Positions 1 to 14,803 of a stretch of 64,000 nucleotides of DNA are shown in pieces. The notes beneath the pieces are model-generated. The model saw nothing but the letters and a program-made list of their open reading frames with translations, did not search any database and was not told the DNA's origin. Source of the DNA: Calcarisporiella thermophila CBS 279.70 (Eukaryota > Fungi > Calcarisporiellomycota); contig NW_027192203.1 in the NCBI RefSeq assembly GCF_041956535.1, forward strand, positions 706,315 through 770,314, written 5' to 3'. The position numbers and the translations under genes were made by a program. Within the stretch, counting starts at the first letter, position 1. The number at the start of each line of letters is the position of its first letter.

Positions 1-513
1 ATTGGTCCTAGCAAGTCATTTAATTCACTTTTCTCCCGCTCTTCTGTACAGTTATTACTATTGCTTTCTGTTTTGCTTGTTTCTCCACTTTCTTCGTGTA
101 ATAAATAATTTTTTGAAAAGATTCAAAAAATAGTGCAAACGCTACTTATGTCGAATTCATTTCCTAGAATAAAAAGTTGGGGGTGTCTTAATCTCCATAA
201 AGATAAATCTAACAAGATTTTACGGGATTTTAAGAGTCCTAACCGGCAAGCAAATTTTGGACTTACGATTATTCTATTTTTTTATAGGTTTCATAGTTTT
301 TCCTAAGTTTTTAACTGTGAAAATCAAAGTCTTTTAGCAAAGCACATAATTTCTAGAGTTGCGAGATTTCCCAATTTTAATGACAATTTAGCTAATAGCT
401 TTTGTAGACGAATATCTTTAATTATAAAAAGAAAGAAACAGAATTGTACAGAAAAGAAAATTAAGTATACACAAAATAAAGAATGCAGAGAAATGACGAG
501 GAATCAAGGCTAT

Positions 514-1689
<1,176 letters not shown>

Positions 1690-2069
1690 TTTTTTATTTC
1701 TACCTGTAATTCTATTCTCCCCTGCGAGTATATTTTATCCTGTTTTCGAACTGCGTTTTTTTTTTTTTTCGTTTTCGCAATCTGTATCATAAATCTCAAG
1801 TAGATAAAATCGTTATTTTTGAAATCTAAATATTCGATAGTATAAATAAGTTTTCAATCATGCTAAGTTTAAGTCACTAAGAGAAATATGAAGGACAGGA
1901 TAAAATATATGGCATCCAAACCACCGTAAGGATAAGAAAAAAGTATTTAAATCTTATTCAACACAAAAAGTGACAAATTAGCGGTATAATACCCAGCAGC
2001 CATAGAAAAATAGCAAAAGAAAAAATACCATAACAAAAATAAGAATAAAAAAGAGATGTGTATCGAGAA

Positions 2070-2774
2070 TTAGTTCTCTGCAATCAGAGCAAGGATCATT
2101 CTATAAAGATAATAGAAGAAACACTATTTTCAAATAGAATTTGTTAGCCATAGATGCACCAAATCGCTTGGATATTGAATCATATTCACCAGGAGATAAA
2201 ATCCAAGCTTAATAAAGCACTCCTTCTTGTGGGTACCGATTGTTCGGAAGATCTCCGTCGCATCATACATGTGGCGATTTTCTGTAATTCTAATGATGAA
2301 ATCATTTTAGAAAAATTGATCTTAATTCTTCGTTTGAATTAGATGCTCACTTCTTCACATTCCATCCGACTAGTGGCAAGTTGATGAAAGTTGCGAGCCA
2401 GCTACCGCCAAGAAGGAATGACAAGGTGAGAAACGCGTGGGCGGCAGCTTCTGGGATAACGAACTATCGTTGTTTATCGGCAGATGGGGCAATTAGCGGA
2501 GCTCAATAACCAGGATGAAAAGGAAAATCAAAAATACCTGATTTAATTTGTTACATAGATCGATAGGGTTGATGAAATCACATTCTAAATCTGAAAACAT
2601 GATAATCTATATGAAGAGGGTTAAGGATGCCAGCGGATCTATCTGTTTCAATAATTCATCGACCAGGATGCCATTATTAATAGCACGTTAAAAGGATACA
2701 AAAAACACCATAACGAAGAGCAGTACTGCGGCCATTATGACCCCAAAAAGAAATAAAAGAGCTTCCCCACCCAT
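2070..2774 (-). CDS. ERV14: Cornichon/Erv14 ER cargo receptor, 5 exons; missed by the ORF track
   Basis: Spliced by eye: MGGEALLFLFGVIMAAVLLFVMVFF|IIMFSDLECDFINPIDLCNKLNQ|FVIPEAAAHAFLTLSFLLGGSWLATFINLPLVGWNVKK|ITENRHMYDATEIFRTIGTHKKECFIKLGFYLL|CFFYYLYRMILALIAEN*. Confidence 0.95.
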
Positions 2775-3027
2775 CCTTCTTTACTATGCTAGTATAAACG
2801 TAAGAGTTTTGTCTGGCGGACGAATTGCGATCGAAGATAAGCGAAGATAAAAGAGCCAACAAAATAAAGCCTCAAGTGAAAATTGGCATCGTATTGAAAT
2901 ACGTCACATGAATACGTCACACGCAATAGAAGAGCGAACGACAGAGCAATCAAATAAGCACTTCAGAGTTACAACCAAAAGCAAACTTGACAAAATGCAA
3001 AACGAAATACACAAAGCAACTACATAT

Positions 3028-3744
3028 TTAAAGCTCGGATAGCACTTCGTCGATTTTCGGGATCAGCGACTTGATCATTTCCCACTGCTCTAGCTGCAGC
3101 GAGACACCTACGCAAGGCGGCAATATATTAAGATGTGCGCGTTCTAATAGAGGTCGCGAAAGAGTTCAGATGAGAATACCTTTTTTCGAGGGCTTCCATT
3201 CTCCATCTTTACTATCCTCTGTTTTTTTGGGAGGGGCAATAAAGAAAAAAGAGTATAATGAATTAAAAGGTCTAAAATTGATTCCTAGCGATATGCAGTC
3301 AAGGAAACTATAACCATACCCCAAAACTCCCGAATATCCACCATAGCTAAGTGCTTCCACTTACGAACGGTCAAACGCTTCTTCTTGCCCAGCTAAAAGT
3401 GATTTAGTCGATAATAAATGAAATAGAATTGCGTTTGATATCCATTTGGAATACCTCGAAATATCTTTCGCCTTGATCATTGACTAGCATTTCGCCGCTA
3501 GTATTTGACAATTTGGGCTTTTTTGCAGTATCTTTCTCATTCTAATTAATAACAATCCACATGATTAATGTAAATAAAATATTTTGAAGACTAGGCGATT
3601 GGTCTACATTTTCGGTGGTTGGCTGCTATATAAATGCATATAGATTAGCTGGTGAATACCCCACGAGATATAATGGCTTACTATGGAGTCGTCGTCGTCT
3701 GAGTCGACGTACTCTTTCGATACATATTGCTTTCGTTTTGACAT
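3028..3744 (-). CDS. SUB1: Transcriptional coactivator PC4/Sub1 (ssDNA-binding), multi-exon
   Basis: MSKRKQYVSKEYVDSDDDDSI...NDQGERYFE|LGKKKRLTVRKWKHLAMVDIREFW|EDSKDGEWKPSKKG|VSLQLEQWEMIKSLIPKIDEVLSEL* is the PC4 domain. Confidence 0.9.
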
Positions 3745-4498
3745 AACTCGGAGCTTGGAGAATACTAAACGAAGTCGCGCTTTTACCTTGCACGTTTGTT
3801 CTGACCCAATTCACCCAGCCACCATATGAATTAATAGCCCTGTGATAGGAACATATATGGAAATGTTCTTGTCAGGCGAAGTTACAATACGCGTTAAAAT
3901 ACCTGGAAATCATACCGAAAAGTTTGGGTGATATTTGTAATGTGGAAGTGAAGAATCTGCTAGCAATATTCTGACATTATTTAGATTCATTTAATTATAA
4001 CCTTTTTCAAGTGTGCAAACTGTTTCTCCAGAGGATTCCTTCGGTTTATGTGGATAATCAGCTTACGATAGTTTTTTCCGAAAAAGAACAAAATATCATC
4101 AGGGTGCAATGAAAGATAATTAGAGTACGATGGTCTCCTAAATAACGTATCGAATTCTGCCAAGTTTGGAGGTTTTTAAATGGGGATTAAGTCAAGCACC
4201 ACGGTGTGACTATTTGAATTTCCATTCCTCCGCTATTCATCGCGCTGTTGATTCCGAGAATTATACGTTGCGTTTAAACCCACAGTGAGACGCTCATCAA
4301 ATATCCTCCATTCCCCTTCCACCGTATTCCTCAGCAAATTATTGCTCTTTGATTAAGCAAGCTTTAAACTTCCCACGGTGTACTAGTCAGCTTGCATCTT
4401 CACATGCGATTATTTACACCACTGTCATCAATCAATCTCAAGTAATGCTGAGTGCAATTAGCACAAAAGAGAAATATATTCAATAAATAACTTTACAA

Positions 4499-4827
4499 TC
4501 AATCATAATAGCGTTGCTTCATAGCGCGGTATTTTCTCAGGGAGTACATCGCTTCCAGCTCTGGTTGCGAAGAAAAAAGCAATTATTCAATTAGCATTTA
4601 CACGGGGTATCCTCCAATCTCGTACTCCACCTACCCTTTTTTATATACTCCCCAAACGCCAAACCTTTCTTAATTTCAGCCTCGTCGGTAATGTTCCTTT
4701 TTTTCATAAATGCATCCTTTAAACGCGGCCGGAAATAGGACTCATAGCCCAGTGGATATTCACGACCTAAGTGCACAAGATCTTTATAGAGGCGAATTAC
4801 TTGTCCTCTGAGCTCTGCTTTCGACAT
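4499..4827 (-). CDS. LYR-motif mitochondrial protein (LYRM5/ETFRF1-like), 2 exons
   Basis: VIRLYKDLVHLGREYP...RLKDAF...GEYIKK|ELEAMYSLRKYRAMKQRYYD*. Confidence 0.85.
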
Positions 4828-5139
4828 CGTTACATAGTTCTTTTCTTCCGGGCCATATTTTATTCTATTTGCTGCGCCTCATGCCGATCGAAGAACGCGC
4901 GCGGTGGCAAAAATTATGTGAAATAGTGGTGCAGTTAGAGAGGTGTTATTCCCCCCTCCTCAAATAGAAACCCTATAACATACCTGGCATTTTCATTCTA
5001 TAATTCTCTCTTATCCATCAGCCATTTAACGATATATTATTGTCACCATTTGTATATCCATAGTGTTCGTACTCTTTTCCATCTTTTATTCATTCTGCCC
5101 CTTCATCTCCCGTTGTATTTTGATATATATTCCCGGACA

Positions 5140-8100
5140 ATGTTCCATTGTATAAAGCTCAATAGGAGACCAAAGCCGCCCACGTTATTAATATGGGCCG
5201 TCCTTCTGATCTTGTTATATGCCAATGCAGTGAATGCCTGTAAGCGTTCTGAAATTGCTCAATTGACTTCTCTTCAAATGAATTAACTGTTTCACTAATT
5301 CCTAATTTATGCAAACAATAGCACAATTTGAAATTCAATGTCAAATGGTTCTCAGCGGGTAAGTGCCCGATCCGCTCTTCTATCACGTTAAAATAAATGC
5401 CCTCTAATTTTTTTATAGACATGAAAATATCTTCCTGGATGGCGAGTGCCTTTTGGCAAGAAATGTTTGGAGGAATTCCGAAAACTGGCAAATTGTACTC
5501 TACAATCAGTCCGAATATAATGTGATACGCAATTCAATTACCGAAGGTTTTTAGTCACTCCTGCCTGCCTATTTTCCGTGGATTGATTTTATTGAGCTGT
5601 CTTCGTTTATTAGGTCGCATTTTGCGGCCTCCCGCCTGCATGCCAAAATATAATGTCGCCAACTGGCTGAACCAGACGAGTCGAGAGATATTCTACCCAC
5701 TGCAGCAAACAATCAATATCTCACCCTCGGATGTTTGGTATGTAGACGAGAAAGCCGCTGTAAGTATCGCTCTGTGTTGGGCTGTATCAAAACATTTCCC
5801 ATAATACACGTATTTCTCTACTCCTTAGACGCTCACCACCTACGTGTCCTATCAAGTATTCATCGAGAACTTTATCACCGCAGCGCCTCCTCAATTTTAC
5901 CTCGAGGCGGTATTTCGAGCTGCCTCCGGAATGGAGCTTTCACGCACTTCATCGGAAATTGTAGCCGCCGTTAGCGGGTTAGCTGAGTATCTGGACGTGA
6001 TGGGGCTCAATCAGATTGGCTCCGGGACGTATGCCTGGCGAAATATAGCCATTCCACGGGGGACAAGGAATGTTGATTTTATCCTATGGAGCTACGGGGG
6101 CGGCGTGATAGGATACGATGAAATATTCGGGGTGATGCATATAGATGGGGGGACAACGAGAACGGTGGAGAAACTTAATTTAGGTAAATTGTTGGCCTAT
6201 GGTATCCCGTGTGCCTTCACCGAGTGATTTCATCTTCTTTCTTAGCGGAAAAGGTCGCGTTTTGGATTGTTAGTGCGCAGACATTGATCATCCCCTTGCT
6301 GCTCTACTTTTGGACGAAGCGTGTCCTCAGAATTGATTTCCCAGCGTATTATTACCGAGCTTGGAGTCTTCAACCAGAACGTTCCTTGTAACTATTTCTT
6401 TTCTTTTTCTAACCACTAGCCCTATCGATTTTTCTGCCCGCCAACCTCACTATGGGTTTCTGCTTACGCTCTTCTCCTCGCTTTCCCTGTTCCTGTTCCT
6501 TGATGCCTGGGCCGTCATCACCTACGACCAAAATAGCATCGTTCTCTCCAATCTTTTCCCAAAAATCTTGGAAACCTTGCGCCTTCCGCTGGTCTTCATG
6601 TACCACGGAGCCCTCTTCTACCCGATCTTGCTGTGTTACCAGCTTGCCCATGCGACACGAGTCGCCGGGGCCATGGGGGCAATAGCGTGTCTCTTCCTTC
6701 TGGTACATGCCATCCTACAGCATATTCCGAATGTAATCTCGGTCCGGCGCGTTTTGTTTGGGACCACGGTGTTGGTGCAAATGCCAGGCTATGTGTCCCA
6801 GATCATCCTTGCTCTTTATTTTGTGCGAAGAGTATTCGATGCGCCGTCGCTAGAGAAGCATCGAAAGTGGCTGGTGCTGGCAGAGATGGAGGAGTTGTAT
6901 GTGAAGCTGCTCTTCGCAAAAAACAAGCAGATGGAGGAGGAAACGCGACCCCTGACGGCATGGGAGCGAATCTGGCTATTCATCACATGCCGAGGATGGA
7001 GGAAAAACAGGGTCATGCCGGCAAAAAAGCCAAAGAGAAAATGGCACGAGCGGCTATGCAATACGCTGGGAATGCGGCAAGATATTAGGTGAACAATGGA
7101 GACTCTTTTTCACCATAAAATATCCAAATCAGCTGAGCGCCTATCCTCTCCCCATAGAATCCCGTTCTCCGTGATGGCCATGCTCATTATGAACATCATC
7201 ATGATGTATCAAGTGATCCTGTACTTTATTCGCCAAGCATTCCTCAATCTCGGCTCCTCTATCGCGTGTAATCTCGTAAGTCTTGCTGTCGTCTCGAATC
7301 ACGCTTCCGACCCTATCCGCCTGGCGCGTGAAGTATACATCGCGCTTGTGACGAACATGCTGGTCTCGTGTATTGGAGGGGGAATTGGTAAGCTATAATA
7401 TCCGCTCTTGCGTCATTATCTTGGATAGAATCGAAACTAAATTCTGTGGTATGGCTGCATCGTATATGATGATATAAAAAAAAACCTCCAAAGCATGCAT
7501 CCATTTCGCGACACTAATCATTCGACGGTATACCAAGGATATCCTCCTAATCCGGGGTGGAAATTATCACCTCTTCGTCGGCAAGAAGAAGCACAACCGT
7601 ATCTCGCTCAATGACAGCATCGGGTTCGTAGGAATAGGGGTGGGATTCGGCCTCTTTGGGTGCTTTCTCCTGATCGCCGAGCTTTTCCTCATCGGGTCCA
7701 TGATTATTGCCATTCACTATGTCCACCGATTACGCTCCGCCTTCATCCACCACGTCCTTCAAGGCACCCTGTTCTGGAGTATTGTGATCGCATACTTTGT
7801 GTATTATGTGCAGCGGTTCATCACGCACTATTTTTTCGAAGAACGAGAAGCCCGATTCTGTATAAAAAGAAGAGGCGTCTTTTTCCATTACTCTTATTTT
7901 ATGACCTTTGCAGACTTCAGCATTGGGCTGACAAGCTATATTTTCAGATTTGCACAGGTCCTCTCCCATCCTGCCCCCCCTCCTTCCTTACACTGTCTTA
8001 TTGATATTAACCCTCTCGGCCTTCACTCTAGGCTATTTTGAACGGCCCCTTCTTCTCCACCCGCCCAGATCGCAACCTCGAACGCTGGGACGCTCGCAAT

Positions 8101-8741
8101 GAAGATCGAGGATTTCGGGCCTATCTCGGGGTGCTGCTCCTAGATCACCACATCAACAATCCCATTCTCCTTACCTTTTGTGAAATCCTCCTCCAAAAAC
8201 TGCCCTCGAGCTCGGCCTCTTCTTCCCCCAATATGAGCGCCATGACCACAGATAAATCGGGGAGAACCACCATGGTAGGGGGAGATGCCGAGGAAGAGGA
8301 AAGTATCGCGTACGCGAAAGGATATGCCGATCCCTTGGGGATAAATGAGAAGGAGCTCCTGAGAGAGAGGGAATTGAGACGAAAGTGGGCGAGAAATCGG
8401 TGGTTTGTCGCCTTCACCCTGATATTTAACCCCTCGGTAAAATCTACTTTGACCAAAAATGCGAAAAATGACCTAACCCCTTACTCTCCTTTCCCCACCC
8501 TCCTCATCTACAGCTGCGCAAAAACCGTTGGCAACTCTGCTCTGCAGAGGAGCTCTACGACGTCTACACCGAATTGCACACGCCCCGCAGCTTCGTCAGC
8601 TCCGATACCCCGCCCGACCCATCCTTGACGCCCACCTTTGCGCCTGCATCTCCCTTAGAGCCCATCGCGCCATCTAATCCAAGAGCGAGGCTCTACCTCC
8701 GTCCGACGAGAATCCGCAACCCGTCAACGGGGTTCATTTGA
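5140..8741 (+). CDS. STRA6/STRA6L (RBP-receptor family)-like multi-pass membrane protein with signal peptide and N-terminal ectodomain
   Basis: Many hydrophobic exons; family-like motifs RRYTKDILLIRGG, KRRGVFFHYSYFMTF, DRGFRAYLGVLLLDHHINNPILLTFCEILL and RKWARNRWFVAFTLIFNPS|LRKNR. Internal exon boundaries are only partly resolved. Confidence 0.78.
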
Positions 8742-8980
8742 ATCCCCTCTAGAGGAGTTGGGGGGGCTCACCCCCTTGTCTCTCTTTATTTTAGGCCGCA
8801 CTAAGGCCTTCAGTAGTTGATTTATTGGAGAGGGGAGGGAAGGAAGAAGTAAAAGAGAAGGGAAAACGAAGAGAAACAACAAATAACATCTACATTACAA
8901 TAAATTAGCATTAACCATGATACCATTGCACAAATACCCTCATGCAAACCTATCATACAAAGTATCTATAAAGAATGCTC

Positions 8981-11900
8981 TCATACAAAATCACTTTCTA
9001 GTGAGAAGAGCTCCGGGCTGCTTCGATTCCTCCTTGGAAGCCGCCGCTCCTCTTTAACCCCCAGCCACTGGTTGAACACGGTCTCCTTCTTGGGGCACTC
9101 CTCCACATACATCTCGGCCGCCCACTCTACCGAGCCGCCCTTTCGTCGAGGATGACCCCCCTCACTCAGCTCCTCCAACTGAGTCATATAGATGTTCCTT
9201 AGTCCCTTTCCTTTGGACTTCTTTGAGGAGGAGGTCCCCGCCGTACTCACTCCTCCATTCGCGCCCTCCACCTTGACCACGCTCTTGAAGCTCGGGGGTG
9301 GCGTCAAGTGCAGCTCAAAGTTGACCGCCTTCCCACCATTTTCGTTGAAAATGGGATGGAGGGGCGGCGGCGGCAATAGCGAGGGGGCGGAAGCATGGGG
9401 CGGTGTCACCACTCCATCCTTCCTGCGCCCATTTTGGGGGTGGACGTGGGGTGGAGGTATGTAGCTGAATTGCTCCTGCTTGGGTGTGGTGGGGGCCGAC
9501 TTGGACGCCAGCGAGCTAGCAGTCAAAGCTTGGGACTCTGACAGGCTGGCTTGAGAGTGAAGCGAGCGCTCTTCTGAGAGCCGCTTACGGCGCAGACGGT
9601 GCAGAATGGAATCGATCGTGAGTTCGATTTTACAATGGTTTTGGATGATGGATATTTCTGCAAAAGTAATCAAAAAAAAGGGAGGGGGGAGGCTCAATTA
9701 AACCAGAGGTTAAGGGGGAAGGTGAAGACATAAGAGGACTTACTCGGTCGAGTCGCCTTATCCCCACGTATGAAAGCATTCATAAGAAATTGGCGCGATG
9801 GATTCTCTGCGATTTTTAGGAAATCTGCATATGGAATATCGGGTAATATGGTGATGTCTCCAGAATATCGTTGGGAAACTATGTCCTGTGCACGCTTTAA
9901 CAGTGACGGCATGACGCCGAGTTCGAGTAGCTGGTAAAGCCGGTGTTCAAGTTCTGAACGGGCAAGTTTAAGAGCCAATCCAGCATATTTGTCGAAAGTG
10001 GAGGTGACAAAGCGAGGCTGAATAAATGGGATAACGTAGGGGTTCACTGCACAAGAGGAAAGGTTTCATGAATTACTGATGCGTCTAACACATACACACA
10101 AACGTACCTTGGCACACAATAAAATGGTTTACTCCAAAAAGCTCGGCCAGCTTATTCATCGGTAAATCTCTGGATAGCAAAGTGATATATTAGACTACAA
10201 GGATACATATCCAACTAGTTGAGTGAGCATGTTACCCCTCGATGGTCCCATCGATCCAGCGTTGATCTATCCATAGAAAAGAGGGTTAGATCTCTATGAA
10301 CACAGTGGGATGCCAATGACAAATGAGCAAACCTCCAGGATTCCAAGGAACCACCTTCCCGTTTTTATCTTTCGCCCAGATAGTCGAGGGCTGAAACAAT
10401 AGAGGTACCGCACAAGAGGCCGCACTACATATATGTAAAAAGTTCAAGAAAAAATGAATCAGTAAAAAAACTCCCGTGCTCAGGAGGGTGTGGCGGTTGA
10501 GCGTGGACTTACACGGCCGACCAGATGAGCTAAGAGGTGTCGAAAGAGAGATTAGTTTTCCACAGCTTACTTGCTCTATCCACAGTTTGCAAGATACATA
10601 CCACGTTGGGCGCTGTAAGATAGTTCAGTAATCGGGGCATCTCATATACAGTGCCAGAACTCACGGTGATATTAAGGACACAAGAAGTACGATTGAAGGC
10701 CTCCTGAAAAGTTATCTCACCAATATTCTCCTTGAGGCACTCGATGAGGAACTGTGTATCGAAGAGTACGCCTACAACAAAAGGTTTAGCCGAGGTGAGC
10801 AGGACTAGCCGCGAGCAGAAAAAAAAGAGAAAATTACCTTGTTTAACAAAACGTGAGAGGCGATAAAAAACTGACTCGGGTTGGTCATCGCGATCAAAGG
10901 CGGTCTTTGAAACAAGAAACGAGGGTTAAAGAGGATCCTTTCTTAAGCTTGCCAAAAAAAGTAAGACGACGAGCTTACAAAGTTATAATTTAGGACTTGT
11001 TCAAAAGAGGTGGGGATTTCTTCTTTCGGCTTGGATGCCACGATGGCGGCAATGATCCCGCCACCCGAGGAGCCAGATATAATGCGTGGCAGGAGATCAT
11101 TTTCGTACAAACATTTGATGACGCCGATATGATGCATGACTATATTGTAGGGGAGTGAGGGGATGAGACAGAAGGCTTAGCTTTAGCCGGATGCTTACCT
11201 AAAGCCGCCCCACCACTTAGCAGCAGTGCGGTGCGTCCAAAGCTCATTCTAATATTCGTGAAGATCTCATACTTCTGTGTTGTAGTGAATTCATCGCATT
11301 CCAAATCGCAGACGATATTCAGTGTTTCGACCACCTCGTTGATATAGTCTTCGATTAACTTCTTTGTTCCAATGTGGGCATGCTCATAAAGCTATGGAGA
11401 GACAGCGATAAGTGTGGGTACAAAGGATCACAAGGTTGAATTCCCCATATAGTTACACTAGGATTTCCCATATCGCCCAATTTACGGGTGAGCGAGGTTC
11501 GGATAGCGAACATCATGGAGCCCAAATCGCCCTTTTCTCGAGCTTTGCGAAGCTGGGAGAGTCGATTCTGGATGAGCTCATAATCGTAGTCGGGTGATAC
11601 GGGATCAAGTTTCCATTGATTCAGACCTAGGGTCAGGGAGAGAAGAAGATCAATAATGTGCTGAGTCATGCAATGGGGGATAGCCTAATGACCTTGAAGC
11701 TCATCAAGTTTCATGGCCGCCTCTGCCCACTCCTTGTAGGTAGTCGCCGACTCCATTGCGCTGCGATACTGATACTCGAGTGAATAGGGGGATATTTTCT
11801 CCAAGGTTTTCTACCAACAAGTGAAAGAGATTAGGCCCCGCTCCATCCAATGAACTCATCATCAAGGGTGGCTACGTACCTTCCACAGGAGATATCCCGC

Positions 11901-12011
11901 ATTTCTCATTCTTTCTGTGATCGAAGGTTTCGATGGGATCGATATAGGATCGAAGCGATAGAACGAGCAGGGGCTCACCATCTGCGTCTCTTTCTCCTCT
12001 TGCGAATTCAT
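8981..12011 (-). CDS. TGL4: Patatin-like triacylglycerol lipase (Tgl4/Tgl5/SDP1 family)
   Basis: TYKEWAEAAMKLD, FGRTALLLSGGAALG, LPRIISGSSGG (GxSxG), WIDGT catalytic Asp, QRYSGDITILP. Start codon approximate. Confidence 0.9.
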
Positions 12012-13317
12012 CCTCGTGAAGAAAAAGAGTGGAGAATCCAAACGCATTGATCGATCATCTTATGACCTGGCGCAGCAGAGGCGCTAAATTTCCACCCCAA
12101 GGGGTTCTCCAGATCCATTTTAATTGATTCACATAACACTAACAGGGGGATCTTGACACTTGCCTTCCAAAAAGCCAGCGCTGCCATTCCCATTCCATGC
12201 TAGCCCCCCTTACCTCATCCGTTTCCACGGTGTTCATTAGCAGGAGGATTAGGAAGGCTGCGTTCTCCTTACAAAGGCAACCGCTAGCACATGCGCAGGG
12301 TGACACTTCAATTTCCCGCCCAATCGCCACGTCCGTGGTTTGCTTTTGCACATGATTATTGTGATGCGATGGACCAAATTTGGGCCCTTCACCTCACCGG
12401 AAATCCCCAGCCAAAATGGCCCAGCCTCCGCTTCGTCTGCTTTTCTTGACTATTTCACCCAAGCCTCCCAGCGACCCGATTCAATCGGCAGACCCTTTCC
12501 CTGTCGTCTAGGAAAGACTAATCTGACGGATCAGTCCACTCTGATTGAACAGGGTGCTGGCGGTCGTCAGGATATTTATTGCTGGCCTTTGTTTTTCTCA
12601 TTCTTCCTCACATGGAATCCCATAGTTCATAAATCCCATCCCATCAGGATTACACCTTCCAATGGTGAATAGATTAGGGGAGAATGAGAATTGTGTAGTC
12701 CATTTCACCAATCACTTCAAGTGTCTATCGCAACGCGATCCGCTGATAGCTAGTGATTAAGCCTATGCATTCTTCCCTCTGAGAACTTCCGAAAACGGAG
12801 GGAATTGTTTAATTTCCAAAAGGCCATACGTTGGAGTTTCCCCAACAATGGCAATACTCTCTATTTTTCTTTAATCTTTCCTGTTTATACTTCAAAATTG
12901 CTCGAAACGGGGTTGGTACCGCCAATCCAGATCCGGCTTATTTCAATATGGTCGTCATGAATTGCAATAGTGTGCCAGTGAGCGTCGAATAAAGAAGGCT
13001 GTTCACAAACTCCTCCGTTTATCAAATCGATGCAACCGCGCAACGCAACAGCTTGCGCCCTGCAAGAGCGAGGCAATGTCCGATACAAAGAGATAAAGAG
13101 GAGAAAACAAAGCCGCGGTTCACTTCCGATCGGAGCTAAGCCCCTCGACCACTACTAGCCTGGCCACCCAAGCTAAATCACTGCCGTTTGCGCACAAGCT
13201 GGGCTCCTGGAACGCCGCGGGTTCCCGAAGGACGCTGTACATTCATGGAATGCGTTACGGTTGAGGATCCACCCTTGCCTTTGTGCGGCCAGGCCGACGA
13301 TTAGATCAGGAGCGGCC

Positions 13318-13349
13318 GAACAAGAGAACAAGAGAACAAGAGAACAAGG
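13318..13349 (+). repeat. 8-bp tandem repeat (GAACAAGA) x4
   Basis: gaacaaga gaacaaga gaacaaga gaacaagg upstream of the HSF-type gene. Confidence 0.8.
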
Positions 13350-13830
13350 CCATGTTCCCTCCTTCCCGCGAGTCTGACCGCGTCTCACATCATGACTCAA
13401 ACACGTGGCGGGCAGAATTAAAGTGCTACGGCAGCCTTGCGGCATGGTGGATAGACGCTAATCGGGAGGCTTTTTTTTTCCTTATTCGGGCCCCGCTTCT
13501 GTGATCAAAAAGTTAGTGTTCTAGAAGTTGGCCGAAAAGGGCCCTCGCCGGCGAGCCAAAGCCCTCGGGGGTTCGGAGCAGAAACGCCTGCAAGGAAAAA
13601 CGATGGCTGCGGCTGGGGCCGCTGACGAGTATTGAGGCTTATTGAGGAGACAGGGCTGGGTCGATCGTCATTGGTTTCTGCTGTCCAACCGCCGGAGTCG
13701 CTGCGAGAAGAGCACACAGTTGCATAAGGCCCCGTAAACACTAAGTGGCCGAGCCTATAAAAGTCACTGGCCGGGAACCAGGCTCGGCCTTCCGGCCACC
13801 CTCGCTCCCACCGGTCTCGCGCTTTTCCCA

Positions 13831-14803
13831 ATGGAGAAAGACAAGGATCCCTTCACGCATCAATTCAGAATGTCTTCAGGCCAATTCGATTCCCAGCTGA
13901 GCAAGACCAGCAACGCCTTCGTGAGAAAGCTTTGCAAGTAAGTTCTGCCCTGCAATGGGGCTTCATTGCCGCGGTGGCACCCACGCTGACGCTGCATTCC
14001 TCATTAGCATGATTAACGACAAGAAGTTCCAGCATCTGATTTCGTACAATCACGCGGGGACGGGCTTCGTGGTTTGCGGTATCCAGGAATTCTCGCGCAC
14101 GGTGTTGCCCGTGCACTTTAAGGTGAGCCCAGCAAGCCCCGGGTTCCGATCGGAAGGCGGCGGTAGAATTGACCCTCTTATTCTCTAGCACAACAACTTC
14201 TCGAGCTTTGTCCGGCAGTTGAACATGTACGGCTTCTACAAGGTCAACAAGTGCCCGCGCGGCGTGCGGACTATGGTGAGTGATCGGCTGCCCTTCCCCT
14301 CCACGGGAGGGGCGGCTCGGTGCTGTTTTCTTCGGCCCACTCTGGCCCCCTCTTCCCAATCCATGTGCTGACCAGAGTCTTGCCCAATGCTGCAGGCGGA
14401 GAACCAGGTGTGGGAGTTCGCGCACCCCAAATTCTCCCGCGATCACCCGGAGCTGCTCAATGAAATCAAGCGGCGCCCGATCGAATCCGAGAATCGGAAA
14501 GACATGGACTTGCAAGCTCGCGTGTCCGCCCTCGAGTCCTCGCAGACCGAGTTGTGCCAACACCTGGCGCAACTAAGCAGAAACTTCGCCATGGTGCTGA
14601 ATACAATGGCCGAAATGAAGCGCCAGCAGTCTGCACAGCAAATGTGGATTAAGGAGGCTATATCCTCTCTCGGCGAGCAGGATCGATTCGAGCTGAGTGC
14701 AACGGTGTCCAGTGCGGACTCTCCAGAGCTGTTTTTGCTGGACGATCTTGTTCCTCAGAGCAGCACTCCCTCGCTCTTTATCGAGAAGTATTTCGATATG
14801 TAG
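13831..14803 (+). CDS. HSF-type DNA-binding transcription factor with coiled coil
   Basis: NAFVRKL|..MINDK..GTGFVV..FSRTVLPVHFK|HNNFSSFVRQLNMYGFYKVNK..|QVWEFAHPKFSRDHPELLNEIKRR, then a heptad region. 3' end uncertain. Confidence 0.9.

Noticed and set aside
3800-4450. snoRNA or small gene between SUB1 and the LYR gene
   Set aside because: No convincing C/D or H/ACA box arrangement or spliced ORF found.
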